From the human T2T-CHM13v2.0 reference genome, Homo sapiens: DNA of 64,000 bases. The stretch lies in the NCBI RefSeq assembly GCF_009914755.1, contig NC_060939.1. The stretch is one strand, 5' to 3'. Positions within the stretch are counted from its first letter, which is position 1, and every line of letters starts with the position of its first letter. Below, in pieces: positions 43,264-58,288 of the stretch. The position numbers and the translations under genes were made by a program. The notes under the pieces were generated by a model. That model did no database searches. It had not been told where the DNA came from and saw nothing but the letters and a program-made list of their open reading frames with translations.

Positions 43264-45062
43264 TTCTTTTAAGCGTCTTTTGAAAAGACATGCAGTCTTG
43301 GAGAATGAAACCATTTACCACAAACCTCTTATCTGAAGAAAAAATAAAACAGCTACAGGTACAGGCGTTTATAAGAACTGCATTCGTAACTTATGCTTAC
43401 ATATTTCTAGTCAATCGGTTTGTACGTTAATCAAAGTAAAAATACTTCCATCAAAATGTATGTTTAATAAACACTGGTTAAAGTAAACCTGTATTGTAAA
43501 AAATGGTATGAATTAACACTGGATATTTTACGAGAAAGGCTGCCAAAAGGCACTGAGCTGAAAGTTGACTTCACTCTCTGTGTGAATAGTAACCAAGAGC
43601 CCCCCTACAGTGCTATGGGGTCTTTCTCTTCCTTTCCACTGCTCCCATCTTGATCAGCCCAAGAGAAGCTTATCATCTGAAGGAGCAATGATGGGGAGGG
43701 TAGACCATGTTCCACGAAAGCAGAAAACTGTCAATTCTAAAAAAGGGGGTGATGGACCAGAAGTGTATGAGAATGATAGCTTGCCAAAAAGAAAATGAGA
43801 TGATGTAATCACATCAAGAAAGAATATCCACCAGTTCCTTCAGTCATTCAGCCAGTTGAAGGAGGCAGGCAATGCCACCCTTGTAACTGTATGAGCGGAT
43901 TCATTCATTACTCTCTGTGCAAATATAGGAAGATCAATTATTTGAGATGGAAAATTATAATTGTAAATGGCAGTTGTAAATATATCACCTTGCTATAAGG
44001 TTGGTAAGAACAGAAACAACACATTTTCTGATTTTTTCCCCACAAAGTAGTTTCATATTGCTCTGTTTCCTCTTTGAAATAGTAACTCTGCCAAAGGCAG
44101 TATCCTTTGATAAAGATAACAATCAAGTAGTGGGATTTAATGCTAAAGTAACATTTTAATTAATGTTTTATTGGATGACTCTGTGGTCATTATCATTAAC
44201 TTCAGGCAGCCAAGTATAGAATATTTCTAAATATTCTAAACTAAACTGGTTTTAGTTCAGCTGATTCTCACACAATGAGAACTGTAGTCAACTAAGCACA
44301 ACTATTATGATCAAGCAATTATTTATTTTGTGTTATTCTGAAATCCTCTCTTTAGAAGATAAATTTGCCAATCTGTTTAAATTCTGTATTTAAGTTGGAT
44401 CTTTCCCCTAGATTTTGATAGCTAAATAGCAGATCTTAAAGATCAGCATTTATAGCTGTAATATATCCTGAAATTCACAGATCTCTCAATAAAACAAAAA
44501 TCAAATGAAAATAATGCTAAGCAACTTGCAAAAAGTATGAAAATTGCTGCACTAGAAGCCAGAAGACCTGGATTGTAATTTCATTTTTGTAATAAACTAG
44601 CCCTGAGACCTTGGGAAAAGTCAAACTCTGTGAGCCTCAGCAAACTCACATGTAAAATGAAGGTATGTGAAACTAGATGGCCCCTTCCAATTCCAATTAT
44701 CTAATTCTACTTAAGCCAAATTTTGAAATTACAAAATACTAGAATCCCATTTATTGTTAGTATCAGTTTGGCCACAAGCACAGACTAACTCTTACATCTA
44801 GCCTGCCACAAACTAAAAATAATCATGAGGGTGTTGGCCAGAGTACAAAACTTGTTCCAACTGTAGCTGTTTTGCTTTTTGTGACTTGAAATCTTAGAAT
44901 CACTTACGCCTCCTCTCTCTCACTTATTTCCAATAAGCCATCAATGTTAAAGTCTGACTGCTATTTCAGCAATCTCCCATATCTGACTCCTCACCATTCC
45001 CAGACAGGCCAGAACGCTGGATGCATAAAGGGGAGTAATGAGAGATGGGTGAAAAAAAGATC

Positions 45063-45220
45063 CTATTTATTTTTTTGAGACAAAGTCTCACTCTGTCACC
45101 CAGGCTACAGTTTAGTTTGATCATAGCTCACCATAACCACAAACTACTGGGCTCAAATCATCTTCCCGCCTTGGCCTCCCAAACTGCTGGGATTACTGGT
45201 GTGAGCCTCCACACACAGCC
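45063..45220 (-). mobile_element. FLAM/Alu monomer
   Basis: Antisense monomer. Confidence 0.8.
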
Positions 45221-45559
45221 CCTATCTACCTTTTTTAACCTCACCTTCCATCACTCCCTTTTATGCTCCCATCACACCTGCCAAACTCATTCTCTCCCAG
45301 GGCCACCACAAGATGCCCCACCCTCTGTATTCCACTAAATCACTAGAATTCCTCCTGTTTCCAGAACTCCCCTCATAGCAGGCCTTATAAAGACGTACCA
45401 TGAAAAAATTTTGTGGTCAGAAAGTGATTCATACTTCATGCATTAGGAGAATATTCCAATTCTCTTAACATGCTTTCTGCTTTTCCAATCTTCAGATTTA
45501 ACGGTGGTTCCCAAAAATTATAGCTAGTGACTCAAAAAACACTTGAACTTTTTAAAAAA

Positions 45560-45835
45560 ACTGACCCAGCATCTTGCTCTGTAGCCCAGGCTGGAGTACA
45601 GTGGCACAATCATACCTCACTGCAGCCCTGAACTCCTGTACTCAAGGGATCCTCCCGCCTCAGCCTCCTGAGTAGCTGGGACCACAGGCATGCACCACCT
45701 CACCTGGCTTTTTTTTTTTTTTGTAGCGACAGCATCTCACTATGTTGCCCAGACTGGTCTTGAACTCCTGAGCTCAAGTGATCCTCCTGCCTCACAAAGT
45801 GCTGGACTTACAGGTGTGAGCCACAGTACCTGGCC
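45560..45835 (-). mobile_element. AluJ
   Basis: Antisense dimer. Confidence 0.9.
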
Positions 45836-45887
45836 TTGAACTCTTTTTTTTTTTTTTTGGAACTAACTTTTTAAAAACTGTATTTTA

Positions 45888-46239
<352 letters not shown>

Positions 46240-46341
46240 TTAAAAATATTATTTGGTAGAGTTTTAAAATCTTTATAAAGTTCCTGAATATATCTGTTAA
46301 GTTTATTCAAAAATTAGATGTTTGTTGCTTTTGTGAAAGGC

Positions 46342-46477
46342 TTTTTTTTTTTTAATTTTTGGAAAGATGGTCTTTCTATGTTGCCAGGCTGGTTTTGAAC
46401 TCCTGGCCTCAAGCAATCCTCCAACCTCGGCCTCCCAAAGTGCTAGGATTTCAGTCATGAGTCACTGCGCCTGGCCT
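46342..46477 (-). mobile_element. FLAM/Alu left monomer
   Basis: Antisense monomer. Confidence 0.8.
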
Positions 46478-47410
46478 ACATTTTCTAACTTAATTTCTAT
46501 TCTTATGGAGGAAAAATTTAACTTTACCTCTTCATCAGATTCTTCAGATTAAAAAATTAGGGTAAGAAACAATCAGATGATCTCTGTTTCAGCTTACATA
46601 CATAATTCTTCATTACATCCATCTCATCTGATCCTATTACCCTCTTTCATGTCTTTTTATCATTGTTAGAAGAGCCTATGACATCTTATACTTTTCCTTC
46701 TTAGAATTTAGCACAAATAAAATTAAGTCATTATTTGAGCTTTATGAGAATTAAGACCAACTACTATTGCTTAGCACAGTGCTCGACATGAACAGGTAGG
46801 CACTCAAATGGATGTTTAATGTTTCACTGTATTTTGTTTTCTTAGTTTCAGCTTATTTCTGGTTAAAGTGATGAAAGCTAATTGTTACCCTTCCCAGATA
46901 ACTATTACTTTATTCTTCTCTTGGATTTCATATTTTAATTGCCAATTGTTTTTCTATATTATCAATGTAATTCTCTTCAATGAGATAAGGAAACATTTGT
47001 TTAAAATGATTAGGCAATCACTAAATCTCTACATCAAGGGCAAAAATTGTCAAAAATAAAAAATAAAAGGGGAGAACACTTTGAGTTCTAATTTCTGTAT
47101 TGATTACTAGAATTTCTAGGCCTCAACAGTCATTTAAAGGATTATAGATTGATCACAGCAACCTATTGAATGCTTATGTGAGCAGCTGAGGGCAACTCAA
47201 ACTATACAAAGAAAACTAAATTCTAAGTAATTTGAAAGGCTAGAAGAGTAGAAAAAAGAAGTATTTGATATTTATGTGTTAAAAACTGTCTGAGATTCAG
47301 CTCTTCTCCAGAGGCAATGGGAGAATAAGCTACTGTTGCTAACTTCTAGTAGGGGGCAGTCGTATGGAGAGAACACAGATAAGCCTAATTCATGGTAATG
47401 TGATAAATGA

Positions 47411-47718
<308 letters not shown>

Positions 47719-50572
47719 ATTTTTTAAAAGATAAATAAAATAGGAATAGATCAAGGTGCTATGGGAATATTTAGGAGGGAACTCAATCTTGGACATCAGA
47801 GAAAGCTCCCAGTGGGTATGATATTTAAAATGTATGACTTAGAACTAGTCAGTGTTATCGAGAAAACTTACTGGTTTCCTCAATTCATTTCTGTCTTACC
47901 TGCACTAATCCTATTCAATTTCATTTCTCTGTGCTCTGTGTAAACCATCAGACACAATTCATCATAGTCTCAGGGCCTGAAGACTCTCAAGTAGAAAATA
48001 TTGTCCTTTTCACTATTCTTTGTGGGAATATTCCTGATTATATGGTGTTATCACTCCACACCTCATACAGAAAGAACTCTGAGACAAAGATCTGAGAAAA
48101 CATTGTAACAAAAGGAAACAAACTCCTGCCTCTCAAAACCAAATTCTAGATTTACCTGTACTCTCATAAGAATATTCTGTGTTAAAAAGGCAACAATCCA
48201 CTATCCCAGTGCTGTTTTTTTCCCCCAGCTTCATTAATCCTACACAAATGGCACATGACTTTCCAAAATTATCCTTAAACTTAACCTAGTTTAGTCTTAC
48301 ATTTTTACCTCATGGGAAAATGGTTACAACATAGGCTGGTTTCCCAAAATACATTCTGTCCTTTCAACATCCTTCTCCCAACCATATGAATGACCCCTAC
48401 TTCTAGTACTCTCAACATCCTATTTCCCACTGAATGCGTCTATGTGTGAAATCTAAAACTCCTGGAGAAATAAAAAGTGGACGGAAGACAGGTCTTTTTA
48501 ATTAAGAGGTGAGAAACTTGGGCACACACAGATCAGTTCTGCTTGATTCTCTTGAACAAAGATAGAACTGGGTGACATTCATAGCAGTGGACCTGTCATT
48601 TCTTGTGCAGAATGATTTCTGGAAGAGATTCCGGGTGGCAGTCTAAGGCCAAAGGAGGTGTCATTAGGTCTTCTCTAATCTCAGTCTACAACTCAGAGAT
48701 GTGGCCTGTAGGTTCTGAAGACCTGAACACCGCATTCCAGGCTGGTCCTTTTGTGCTAGGTTTTCTATTTGAAGCCCATCTAGAACGTAGGAGTCCACAA
48801 AGGGATACTGGGTACTGTCCAGGGCAAACCCATCTACAAGGGTACTAATGTATGGAGCACATATGGGAACATTTTACCATATCCCTTGAAGTGGGGGAAA
48901 AAAACCATGTGACACTTTGCTTGCATACATATTCTGAAAGTTGCATCCAGTCTGTTTTAAGCCTCAATTTTTAAATATTAATGCTTTCATACTCTGACTA
49001 TAAACAAATTATGTTAAAAAAAGTTCTTAACCTAAGGTAATTTATGATCCTCTTTGGTATTTTCCACAAAATTATGTGTACATAAATATAGATGTGTTTT
49101 TCCCCCTAGCAAGGGGGTTGATAGCATTCAGCACATTCTCAAAAGGGTCAGTAGAAGATGCTGACGTACAGCAATCATTCTGTTTCTACATGGATATTTT
49201 TGAGAGAAGCGATTTAAGGTAAGTATGCATTACCCAAAAACATATACACCAATGCAATGTAGTCAGTTAAAATTAGGATACCTATTTTTAAAAGGGTTCT
49301 CCTCCCCTTTTGTCAACTGTAAGTAGTCTCTGGGCCCAATGCAGAAGCTAATTGGTTAATATTACTGGACTCAATGACAGTGATAAAATGGAGTATACTT
49401 GGAAAATACTTTTGTTTTGTTTTACATTTGTGTGTTCTCTTTCATTAAGCTAACCTGCACCTTCCAGCAAATTGGAGGGCTAAATTAGTTTATGTAAAAA
49501 AAAAAATCACAAAAATTTTACCCTTGATCAAAATATGAAAAATAGAATGGAAACCAGATTAAACCTCTCTCCCAAAATAACATATGTCAGCTCAAAGCAA
49601 TGAAAATACTGTGGTCAGTTGAAAGAAGCTGAAGTTTTGTGTACTTATGAAAATGACAAAAGAGCATTTTGGCTTTGAAGTTTGAGTTTTCACAAAACCA
49701 TTAGATTTTTAGTCTTAAATTTTAATATTTCAAGACAATTACACTCGTATCTGTGATGATATTTAATTTCTGCCTTCCAGGCAGCTGGCTTGTCCCTTGT
49801 CATTAATATGGAAGGCAATTACAATGTCACCTTTAGCTCAGTTCTAGCTGAGGAATTCAAAAGAAAAGTCAGAATAAAGTTACTTCCCAGTAAATAAATC
49901 ACCAAGGGATTTAGCAACTCTAGTCAATCAGCTCAGCATTTGCAGGGGTCAAAGGGGTGGGGGAAATCTGGGGGTGTCAGTACACACGAGTGTACATACA
50001 CACACAACAGAAACAATAACACTACAAGAATCAAACTGTATGAATATGTTATCAAAACACTACAAACAGAACAAATGTTTCTTTTGCCTTCTATGTCTCT
50101 TCTCATTTTACTCATTCTTTCCTTACCACTATTGACTATTATCTTTCTTCAGATATTTAGCCATGCACTTACCCATGAACCCTGTCTTCTTTTTCTGCCC
50201 CAATCCCCATATCTCCATGGCTTTCCAGTTAATGAAGTACCTTAGGAAACTGAGAAACCTAGAAGTGTATCTTAGGGAAAGGTCTAAAAAACTATGCTTA
50301 AAATTCTCAAAATACTGAGAAAACTCAACATATTCACGTTTTTAACGTAGAATAACTTTAAAGGAAAGTTATAATACAATCTCACATTTTATTATAATAG
50401 CTAATTAATAAGTAGTAATGAATCTAAGTAGTTTCGCACATTCTTTCATTTAAATCCCACAATCATCCTAAAATCTCATGATACCGAGGGGGATACTAAG
50501 GCCCAGAAGGTGAAACTATGCCCAATATTACACAGCTAAATAATAAATTATACAGGCAATCCACCCAAAATT

Positions 50573-50839
50573 GTTTTTCCTTTTTATTTATTGATATACC
50601 ACAGTTGTATGTATTTTTGGGGGTACATGTGATATTTTAACACATGTATATGATGTGTAATGATCAAATCAGGGTAACTGGAATATCCATCACCACAAAC
50701 ATTTATATTTTCTTTGTGCTGGGAACATTACAATTCTTCTCTTCTAGGTATTTTGAAATATACAATAATTATTAACTATAATTTCCTATCATATTATTGA
50801 ATGACAGAACGATTTCTTCTAACTGTATGTTTGTACCCA
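50573..50839 (-). mobile_element. L1MA 3' end inserted in a MIR
   Basis: Antisense L1MA terminus, 12-bp TSD ccacccaaaatt (50561-50572, 50840-50851). Confidence 0.88.
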
Positions 50840-53800
50840 CCACCCAAAATTTGAACCTCAAAAAACAAAACACCTTCAAAATATTAAGAAAACAGAAACC
50901 AACATAAATTTTAATGGTAAAAATTTAGCAATGTTAAAGAACAGGAATATACATAACTGATTCACACAGCATCCCTCTCATATGACAGATGACAGGAAGC
51001 TTATAGCAAAATCTGAGGCCCATCCATGTATGAGCCTTAGGGGCTGATTACTTTTTATACTCTATCTTGACTACTTCCTCAAATTTATAATTTTACTGTT
51101 CCTGGGCTTATTATAAACCTTCTCTTCAAGTCCTATGATGTCCAGAAGTCTTTCAGTGAGTAAAACTGAGGAATCCAGTGAAGAAAGAACAGAAAGATAT
51201 TTCCAGTTTCTCAATAGTCCTCATGCTGTCACTTTTATAACTGAGCCTCATCACAAAGGATTATATAATAGATTCAAGTAATACTGCAAACAATTACATT
51301 TTTAAAACTTAGGTCTTTGAATTTTTGATACTATAACATCTGAAGATTAAGAAAAAAATTTACTATATACTTGCAAAAGCAATACAGTTTATGCAAAAAC
51401 ACTGTCGATATGTGAAAATGCCTGACAAAAAGTTGTCAAGACCAAAGTTTTGGCCCTGCTGACTATGAAAAGCAAATATTTCTTAGATTCAAACTATGAA
51501 CAAGTAATGAAATTTCCGCAAGGAAGAGTCAAGGAAAAAAATGTGTCATATATCACTTAAGGCATACATATAGAAATCAAACATTTGTGGTAATACCTGA
51601 AGTAGGAACGACTTAAAAAAAGATTTTCACAGAACACTTAGAGAAAAAGAAAAACTCAGATTGTTACCCCTTCCCAATCTGAGTTTTTAAGTTACATATT
51701 TTTTAAAGAACTGTAAACAGCATTATATATTATTGCCTGATTTCAAAATAATCAAAAACAATCTGTTTTACTTAAAACCAACTGTAGCAATCACTGCATC
51801 TAGTAAATACTAGCACTTCTATTTGCTATTCCTTATAAAGAGGCAAAAACAAAAAAGAAATCACTGTTTTTGAGAATTAAAGTATTTTTCCATAAGCACA
51901 AAACAATAGCCAATTTAAAGATATGACATAGACAAAGACAATAAAAATTATATTGTCAAATAATAGACAAATCCAAAAAACTGAAATATGCTAGCAATGT
52001 TATTATAACTGACTAGATTATAAACCTCAACTACCCTGAAGTTCTGCTACTGAATAGGAACTTTCAGATGCTCCAGTATATAAAACATTTTTAGGTGCTA
52101 AGCCCAGCAATAATGTCTGGAATTCTGCCAATAATATTCCTCCTGAACACAATGGCAAAGCCTCTGTGTGACACAGCAGTACACTCAACTTTCTTACAAT
52201 TTCATGTTCCCCCATCTTTTGCAGCATATGAATGAGAAATAGCCTTTCTCTTGGAGGCTCTATTAATTTTTATGAAATAAACCAACATAAAATGGGTAGC
52301 AAATCAATTTAAACAAAACTTTGGTTTTTATGGTTCTATAATTAGAAAATAAAATTAGTAATTCATAAGAGTTACAGCTAAAAAATGAAAATTGCTAGAT
52401 TGACTTTCATGTGGTTAGTCATATTTAACAAACTTGAGTCCTCTCTGCCTGTGTCTGCCTCTCACTCCAAACTCCCTTTCATACCCCTACCCCTTCTACA
52501 CACAGCTGCTCTTCTTGAAGTGAGTGCTTTATATTGTGGAGGCCACCAAGTCCAAATAATATAACTTTATTTTGCTATAATTTTTATAACTTCTATCAAA
52601 TTCAAGTTTTTGGCTGCACCTTACAAACTTGAAAATCTAAGAAATGCCAGTCTTTTAAACTTCAGCCACATGTAGGTCTATGTAAAACATTTTTTTAATC
52701 TTTAAGGACTATTTTGTAAATTTTCACCAATTATTAGACATCTTTTTAATACAAATGTTATATACATAGTATTGTTACAAAGATCAGCAAAGGGCACAAA
52801 AGCATGGGATAATATTTTGAGTTCTCTTTAAAGAAAAGAAATATCTCTCCTTACCAGAAATGCTAACACTGTTAAGACTTTCTAATGACAGGTATTTTTT
52901 GAAAAGAACAACAACAAAACCCATCCTATTCCAAACTATATAGTTTGTAGAGATAACAAAGCCCTAATATTAACTCTGAGCTTATACTGACTTTACTCAT
53001 CAGACATACATCACTGAGTGAACTAAAGGCCACTTAGCCATGTAAAACGAAAAAGCAAAGGAAAAGCCGGTTATTAGCTCAATACGGATCCTTCGTAAAA
53101 TGGGCAATATGCTAATTAGTCTGCTCTGCTTTAATTAAAAGAACCATTAGCTAAATCACATATGTAAACTTTAATTTCACAGTATTTGAGAAAGATACAA
53201 AAAGACCTTTTGTTTATTAAAACACTTTAAAACTTTCCTATAATCTGTTGAACAGACCAATTTTTCCAGATCCTATATAAACAAATGGTAACCTATACTC
53301 TGTTCAATTATCACATATATTATATTAGTACAGTTTAATAAGATTTGACTATATTTGAAGTATTAACTAAGTCAGATATGCAATTATTACATTTAGGAGG
53401 CCTACTTCAATTTTAAAATACTAGTTTAACCTTGTATGTTGTCTTCAAAATCCCTTATCCTTCAGTTTTCTATATGGATGTTTAATAGAACACTACACTG
53501 ACTTTGCGGTTGAATTATGATGCTTTATCTGAACTGCACAGAACTAGTCAATGGATTAAATAATTAAGAGATTGCACAATTTGAGGTAGGATTTTCAGAA
53601 ATGCTTTATAAAAAGATTTTGGCACACCAATTCCTTAAACTATGTCAAAAATCTCACTTAGTTAAATTCTGACAATCTTTGTCAAATTCAGAAACATGAA
53701 TTCAATTAAAAATATGCAGCTTATTTAAAATACATTTGTCTTAACAGCTTTAATTTAAAAAATACCTCCTGCCCCCACATACAGTTAATGCTTCTGGCTA

Positions 53801-54121
53801 ATGCACATTCTCTTCCCTGTATTCTCATTTCTATCACATTTTTTCCCCATTAAAGTGAGCACATTGTACTTGGTTTCTTTTCTTCCTACTCATTGTTCAG
53901 TTCAGCATTTTAATAATCTTTTCAGTACTGCTGTTCAAAGAAAACAGGCTATATGAAGCTAAAGAAAATTCTCTAAGTTCAATGGTTTTCAAAGTGAGAT
54001 AATTTTCCTAGACCTATTTATTAAAAATCCATGCAAAGCAAGCACCACAGCCAACTGGTAAACAGCTACAGAAAATTGGAAGCTTAAAAATAAAGCCGTT
54101 AAAAAACACTTCACTACACAC

Positions 54122-54158
54122 CTTCTCTGTGAAGCCCTTTGTTTCCACTGAAAACCAT
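54122..54158 (-). CDS. ATOSA: ATOSA alternative first coding exon (MVFSGNKGLHRE + first base of Asp)
   Basis: ATG at 54158 in strong Kozak context (AGT ATG G), in-frame TAG upstream, donor AAG|GTGTGT at 54122/54121. Phase 1 matches the acceptor at 16109 (G|AT = Asp). Adds 7 aa relative to the MKPDR start I recall for the canonical isoform. Confidence 0.8.
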
Positions 54159-54430
54159 ACTGGAATCCTTGTATAAAGGAAGTTGCCTTCTGGCTATCAA
54201 TAGCTATACTATCAGTAACTGAGGGATCCAGATGTCTGCAGCGGTTAAAACAAATGTTCAGCGTTGGGTGCTGATCCCGCTTCCCTCCGTGTAAGGTTTT
54301 TCACAAAGGCAGCAGAGTAAGAGCGCACATAGCAACAGCACTCACAGCTGATTGGACAGAGGGTGTGCTCAACCTCCCCTGCTCGCTAGGTCCACTACAG
54401 CTTCCTGTCTACTTGGCAGCACTGTCATGT
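54159..54430 (-). promoter_or_regulatory. 5' UTR and proximal promoter of the alternative ATOSA first exon
   Basis: Repeat-free, locally raised GC and CpG. CCAAT box (minus-strand GTCCAATCAG, core 54351-54355), adjacent E-box CAGCTG 54345-54350, ETS-like ACAGGAAG 54401-54408. TSS not determinable. Confidence 0.6.
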
Positions 54431-57219
54431 TTTCTTTGCTCGTCTTACAAACTCAGCTGTGTTTAGGCAACTTGAAAGGAAAGAACAGTAGACTGATAAT
54501 GGCAAAGTATTCTAGCGTTTGCCCCTGAAATGTGTTTCTTCAGTTGCTTTTAAAACAGAGAAATTCGTAAGACAAAAATTTATTTCAGTTAGTGATGCAC
54601 ATAAACTGAAGACAAAGAAGGGTTGTGGAAGGAATCAGTTACTTCACATCTAAATTAAATCAGGTTCTACCAAGTGAAACCCTCTGAAAATGTATAAATA
54701 CAAAAATTTACAACAATCAGAATAAAGCATTGTCAACCTTCATATACCTGGAACTTTATATAAAGTATTTTACAACAAACTTCACAAATTCCTAGAAAAG
54801 CACAACCTGTTACATATTTAAAATGGGATAGGTCCTGAAATGGTCTCTCCTCAAATGCATGCAGTACCTTTTAAGAGGACTAAAGAAACAGGTTACCAGA
54901 CTGACTAGAAAAAGATTCAGAAAGGAAAAATTATCAGTTACTTAGTAATCTCTGACAATACAAGATTTAACTAGGTATTTGTGGTAAAATGTCTCTGGAT
55001 ACATAGAACAATGACGTTTAGCTTAAATTCATTTACTTTTTGCTATCATAAAATTACCCAGAGATATAGAAGTATAGACTTTTTTTCAGGTTTCAAGTAC
55101 TGGGCTTCAGTTTACCAGTTCATACTGTCTCCACAAACTTTAACAGCAAAAATCCCTCCCCAGCTTACAAAGCTGTTTGGGAGAATCAATGAAGGTAGTA
55201 GGGGATGAACAGATGTGATGAATTATAAAAATTTCTCATTTTAGAAATATTTCCCCTGAACGTCACATCAACTAGGATGGTGGTTCAAACGTTTAAAGCA
55301 ATGGAACTCTTTATTTGCATTCTTCCTATAAAATGCATTATCAGTGGTGGCTCTAGGATTTCCATACAGGAAAGGTTTGTGGGAGTAGGCTGAGGCCGCA
55401 GCAGAAGCATGCCGTTTATTACTCAGATCTTTGTTTATCTTGAGTGTCTTGGGGTTAGGGAGTGGAGTCTGATGGAAGTGTTGGAGTTACTAAAGTGCCC
55501 CATGAGCACTATGAGGCTATTTTTAAGTGAGAAGCCACAAATAGCATGCAATTTCATATCAGACCCAGAATCCACAAGATTTCTACCCCTGAAGAAGCTT
55601 CTAGGATTCCTGGAGTTCTATAGTACAGAAGAAATACAACCCGGAAGAGGCTTATTGCTTTAAAGAAATCTCATTAAAGAATCTGATCACCGGTTCCATA
55701 CTTAGCCAGAGGGAGAGCTGCTAAGCCCCCTGAGAAATAACAAGACGTGCTTGGAAACACAATAAGCCTGAGGTAGGTGACTCAGAGAAAGAATGGCATG
55801 GTAGAGACAGTAAGGAATTTGGAGGTAGGCCAAGCTGTGTTCAAAACATGAATCTGCCATTTACTAACAGCGAGACCACATATAAGATTATTATACCATT
55901 ATGAGCTTCAGTTTCCTCATCTGTACAACTTCCTAATCCAAGACTAGTCACAGGCCCACTGTACTTTTTCGTTAACACTTACTGCACAGAATGTAGAAAG
56001 ACTGTTTACAAAATGACTGGTTTAATGACAGTCTCCTCCAACACACTGTAAGTGCTTAAAACGTAGGTACTATGTCTACTTAATTGTTTACCTAGCACCA
56101 TGCCCCATTGATATTTTTATACAATATTTGATTTGATTTCACAATCATGGGAGGTGACTAGTGCAAGTAGAACATCTTATTTGACCATCTTCATTGTTTA
56201 AATAAGGAAGTTAGATCTAAAATTTACAAGTCACAACTAGAAGTTAAAGGAAATCAAATTTAAAAATTTTTTGGATTAATAAATTTATATTTCAAAATTA
56301 ACCTTTTCCTATCTCCTATAATATATAATCCCAGGGTTGTTTTGGAATAGTTCCTTTCAGTTATAATCCTTAAACTTTAAAATTAAAGGGTAGTGATATC
56401 ATATATCTATAATATAAATCTATTGATGTCATATAAAAAGAGAATTTACAGAAAAAACATTAAATGTATTTAGTCACAACATGTAATTATAAATGATAAA
56501 AGACACTCCAAATAGATGTGCCACCTTAAAAACTTAAATCCAACTGAGACAGAATTTTATTTAGTGAAATGCTCCCCTCTATGCTGCTAGTTTTCCAATA
56601 AATTTCAGAACAGCACTTCATACATTTTTGAAAAAAGTTTGCTTTTCCCCAGTTTGCTCATCTTGGTACACAAAACTAAATAATGAGTATGCTATAAAAT
56701 GATGGCGCATTATCTACTTTGTAAATCTCAAGACTACAAACTAAGAATCTGAATAACATGAAATTATACACAAGTGTTAGTCCCAGATTCTCAGTTCTCA
56801 ATCCCCAATCACAACAAACCTCCTTCCCCTGCTCCTCCGGAACCCACTTAGCATGGTCGTTAAGTATGTTCTCTAAATGGACAGTTCAGGAAACATACCA
56901 TGCTCCTGTAGGGAAACAAATAGGATAGTAGATCTTTTACAAAAGTTTTAAAAACAAAACTATGTTTTCCAAATATAAAATGGGAAAATTTCAAATAACT
57001 ATTTCAGATCATCTATGTTTTCTGTTAGCAGAAATAATTGAGATCTACCGATAGTAAGATACTTTAAGAGATAACATGCTATCTTTGAGACTTTCTAAAC
57101 AAAAAAAGTATTGCAGATAGAAAAAAAGAACCCCTCAAAGGTAATGTTCAAATGGCTACTACACATATACGCATATTAAATAATTACTAAATATATGTAT
57201 CATATATATATATTAAATA

Positions 57220-57415
57220 GCCACTACCTACTGGCCCATGGGCCAGGCATGATGCTAATCTCTTTACGTACTCTTCTCTGATCCTCAGGTAGTTGTTATC
57301 CCCACAGATTAAAACTGGCTTGTTACTTGCCCAAGTAACTAGAACCAAGTGGGTAAAGCCAGGATTCAAACATAATGTCTTCCTAAATCTAATATATGTG
57401 CCCTTAACCACTAGT
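57220..57415 (-). mobile_element. MIR
   Basis: ttacttgcccaagt...agccaggattcaaac...cttaaccacta. Confidence 0.7.
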
Positions 57416-58265
57416 ATCCTTTCCCTAACAATTTCTTACATATGTTACTTACTATTTGCCGTAAGGCAAATATGGCATTACACAAAAATAAAGTTTAAAT
57501 ACAGAAATCTCATATAAGCATTTCCCATGTATTAGTCATTCAATAACCACAACGACAGCCTCATTATACCTCAAAATTACCATTAATACACTGCTTGTAA
57601 CATGGAAAAATAGGATTTGACTGCAAACAGATAGCTGTTTTGTAGCTGTAGTGTGATCACAAAGACAACGATAAAAGGTTCAATCTGTAAAACTTCACTA
57701 CTTCATGATCACAGATCACCTAATCCAGAGAAAGTGAAAGGAGGTCGAAAAGGACACTGAACTAGGGACCATCGATGTGGGTTCTGGCCCAAATCCTAGC
57801 TCTGATCAGCTTTTTGATCTTAAGCACTTCTTTGAAATTCCTCATTCTTTGTCTGCAATGTTGGTATGTTGTAAGGATAAAATAGGACAGGATAAAATTA
57901 TTTTCAAAGTAGCAATGTGCTACACATATAGGATATTTCTATTCCTAATAGTCTTTGAGGGATAGGGGATAATGTTCAGATGTGGTAGTGTAAACACGCT
58001 TGTACAAAATTCAACCTCATGATTGGAAAGACCCCTTAAAGCAGCAAGACATAATGGAGGAAAGCCACAAATTCAAGCTCTTTCCACTTATAGGATGTGT
58101 TACCAAATTATTTAACCTGTCTGAATCTATTTCTTTATTTGAAAAGTGGGAATAATCATTTCTCTAAGTGCTACAAACCACCTAGGTCAGTACTCCGCTC
58201 TTAATTTGAAGTTTCCTCTTTCCCTTTGCAGACATCAGGTCTACATGATGTGACCATATGTCTGC

Positions 58266-58288
58266 ATACATACACACACACACACACA
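58266..58288. repeat. (CA)n microsatellite
   Basis: atacatacacacacacacacaca. Confidence 0.8.
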
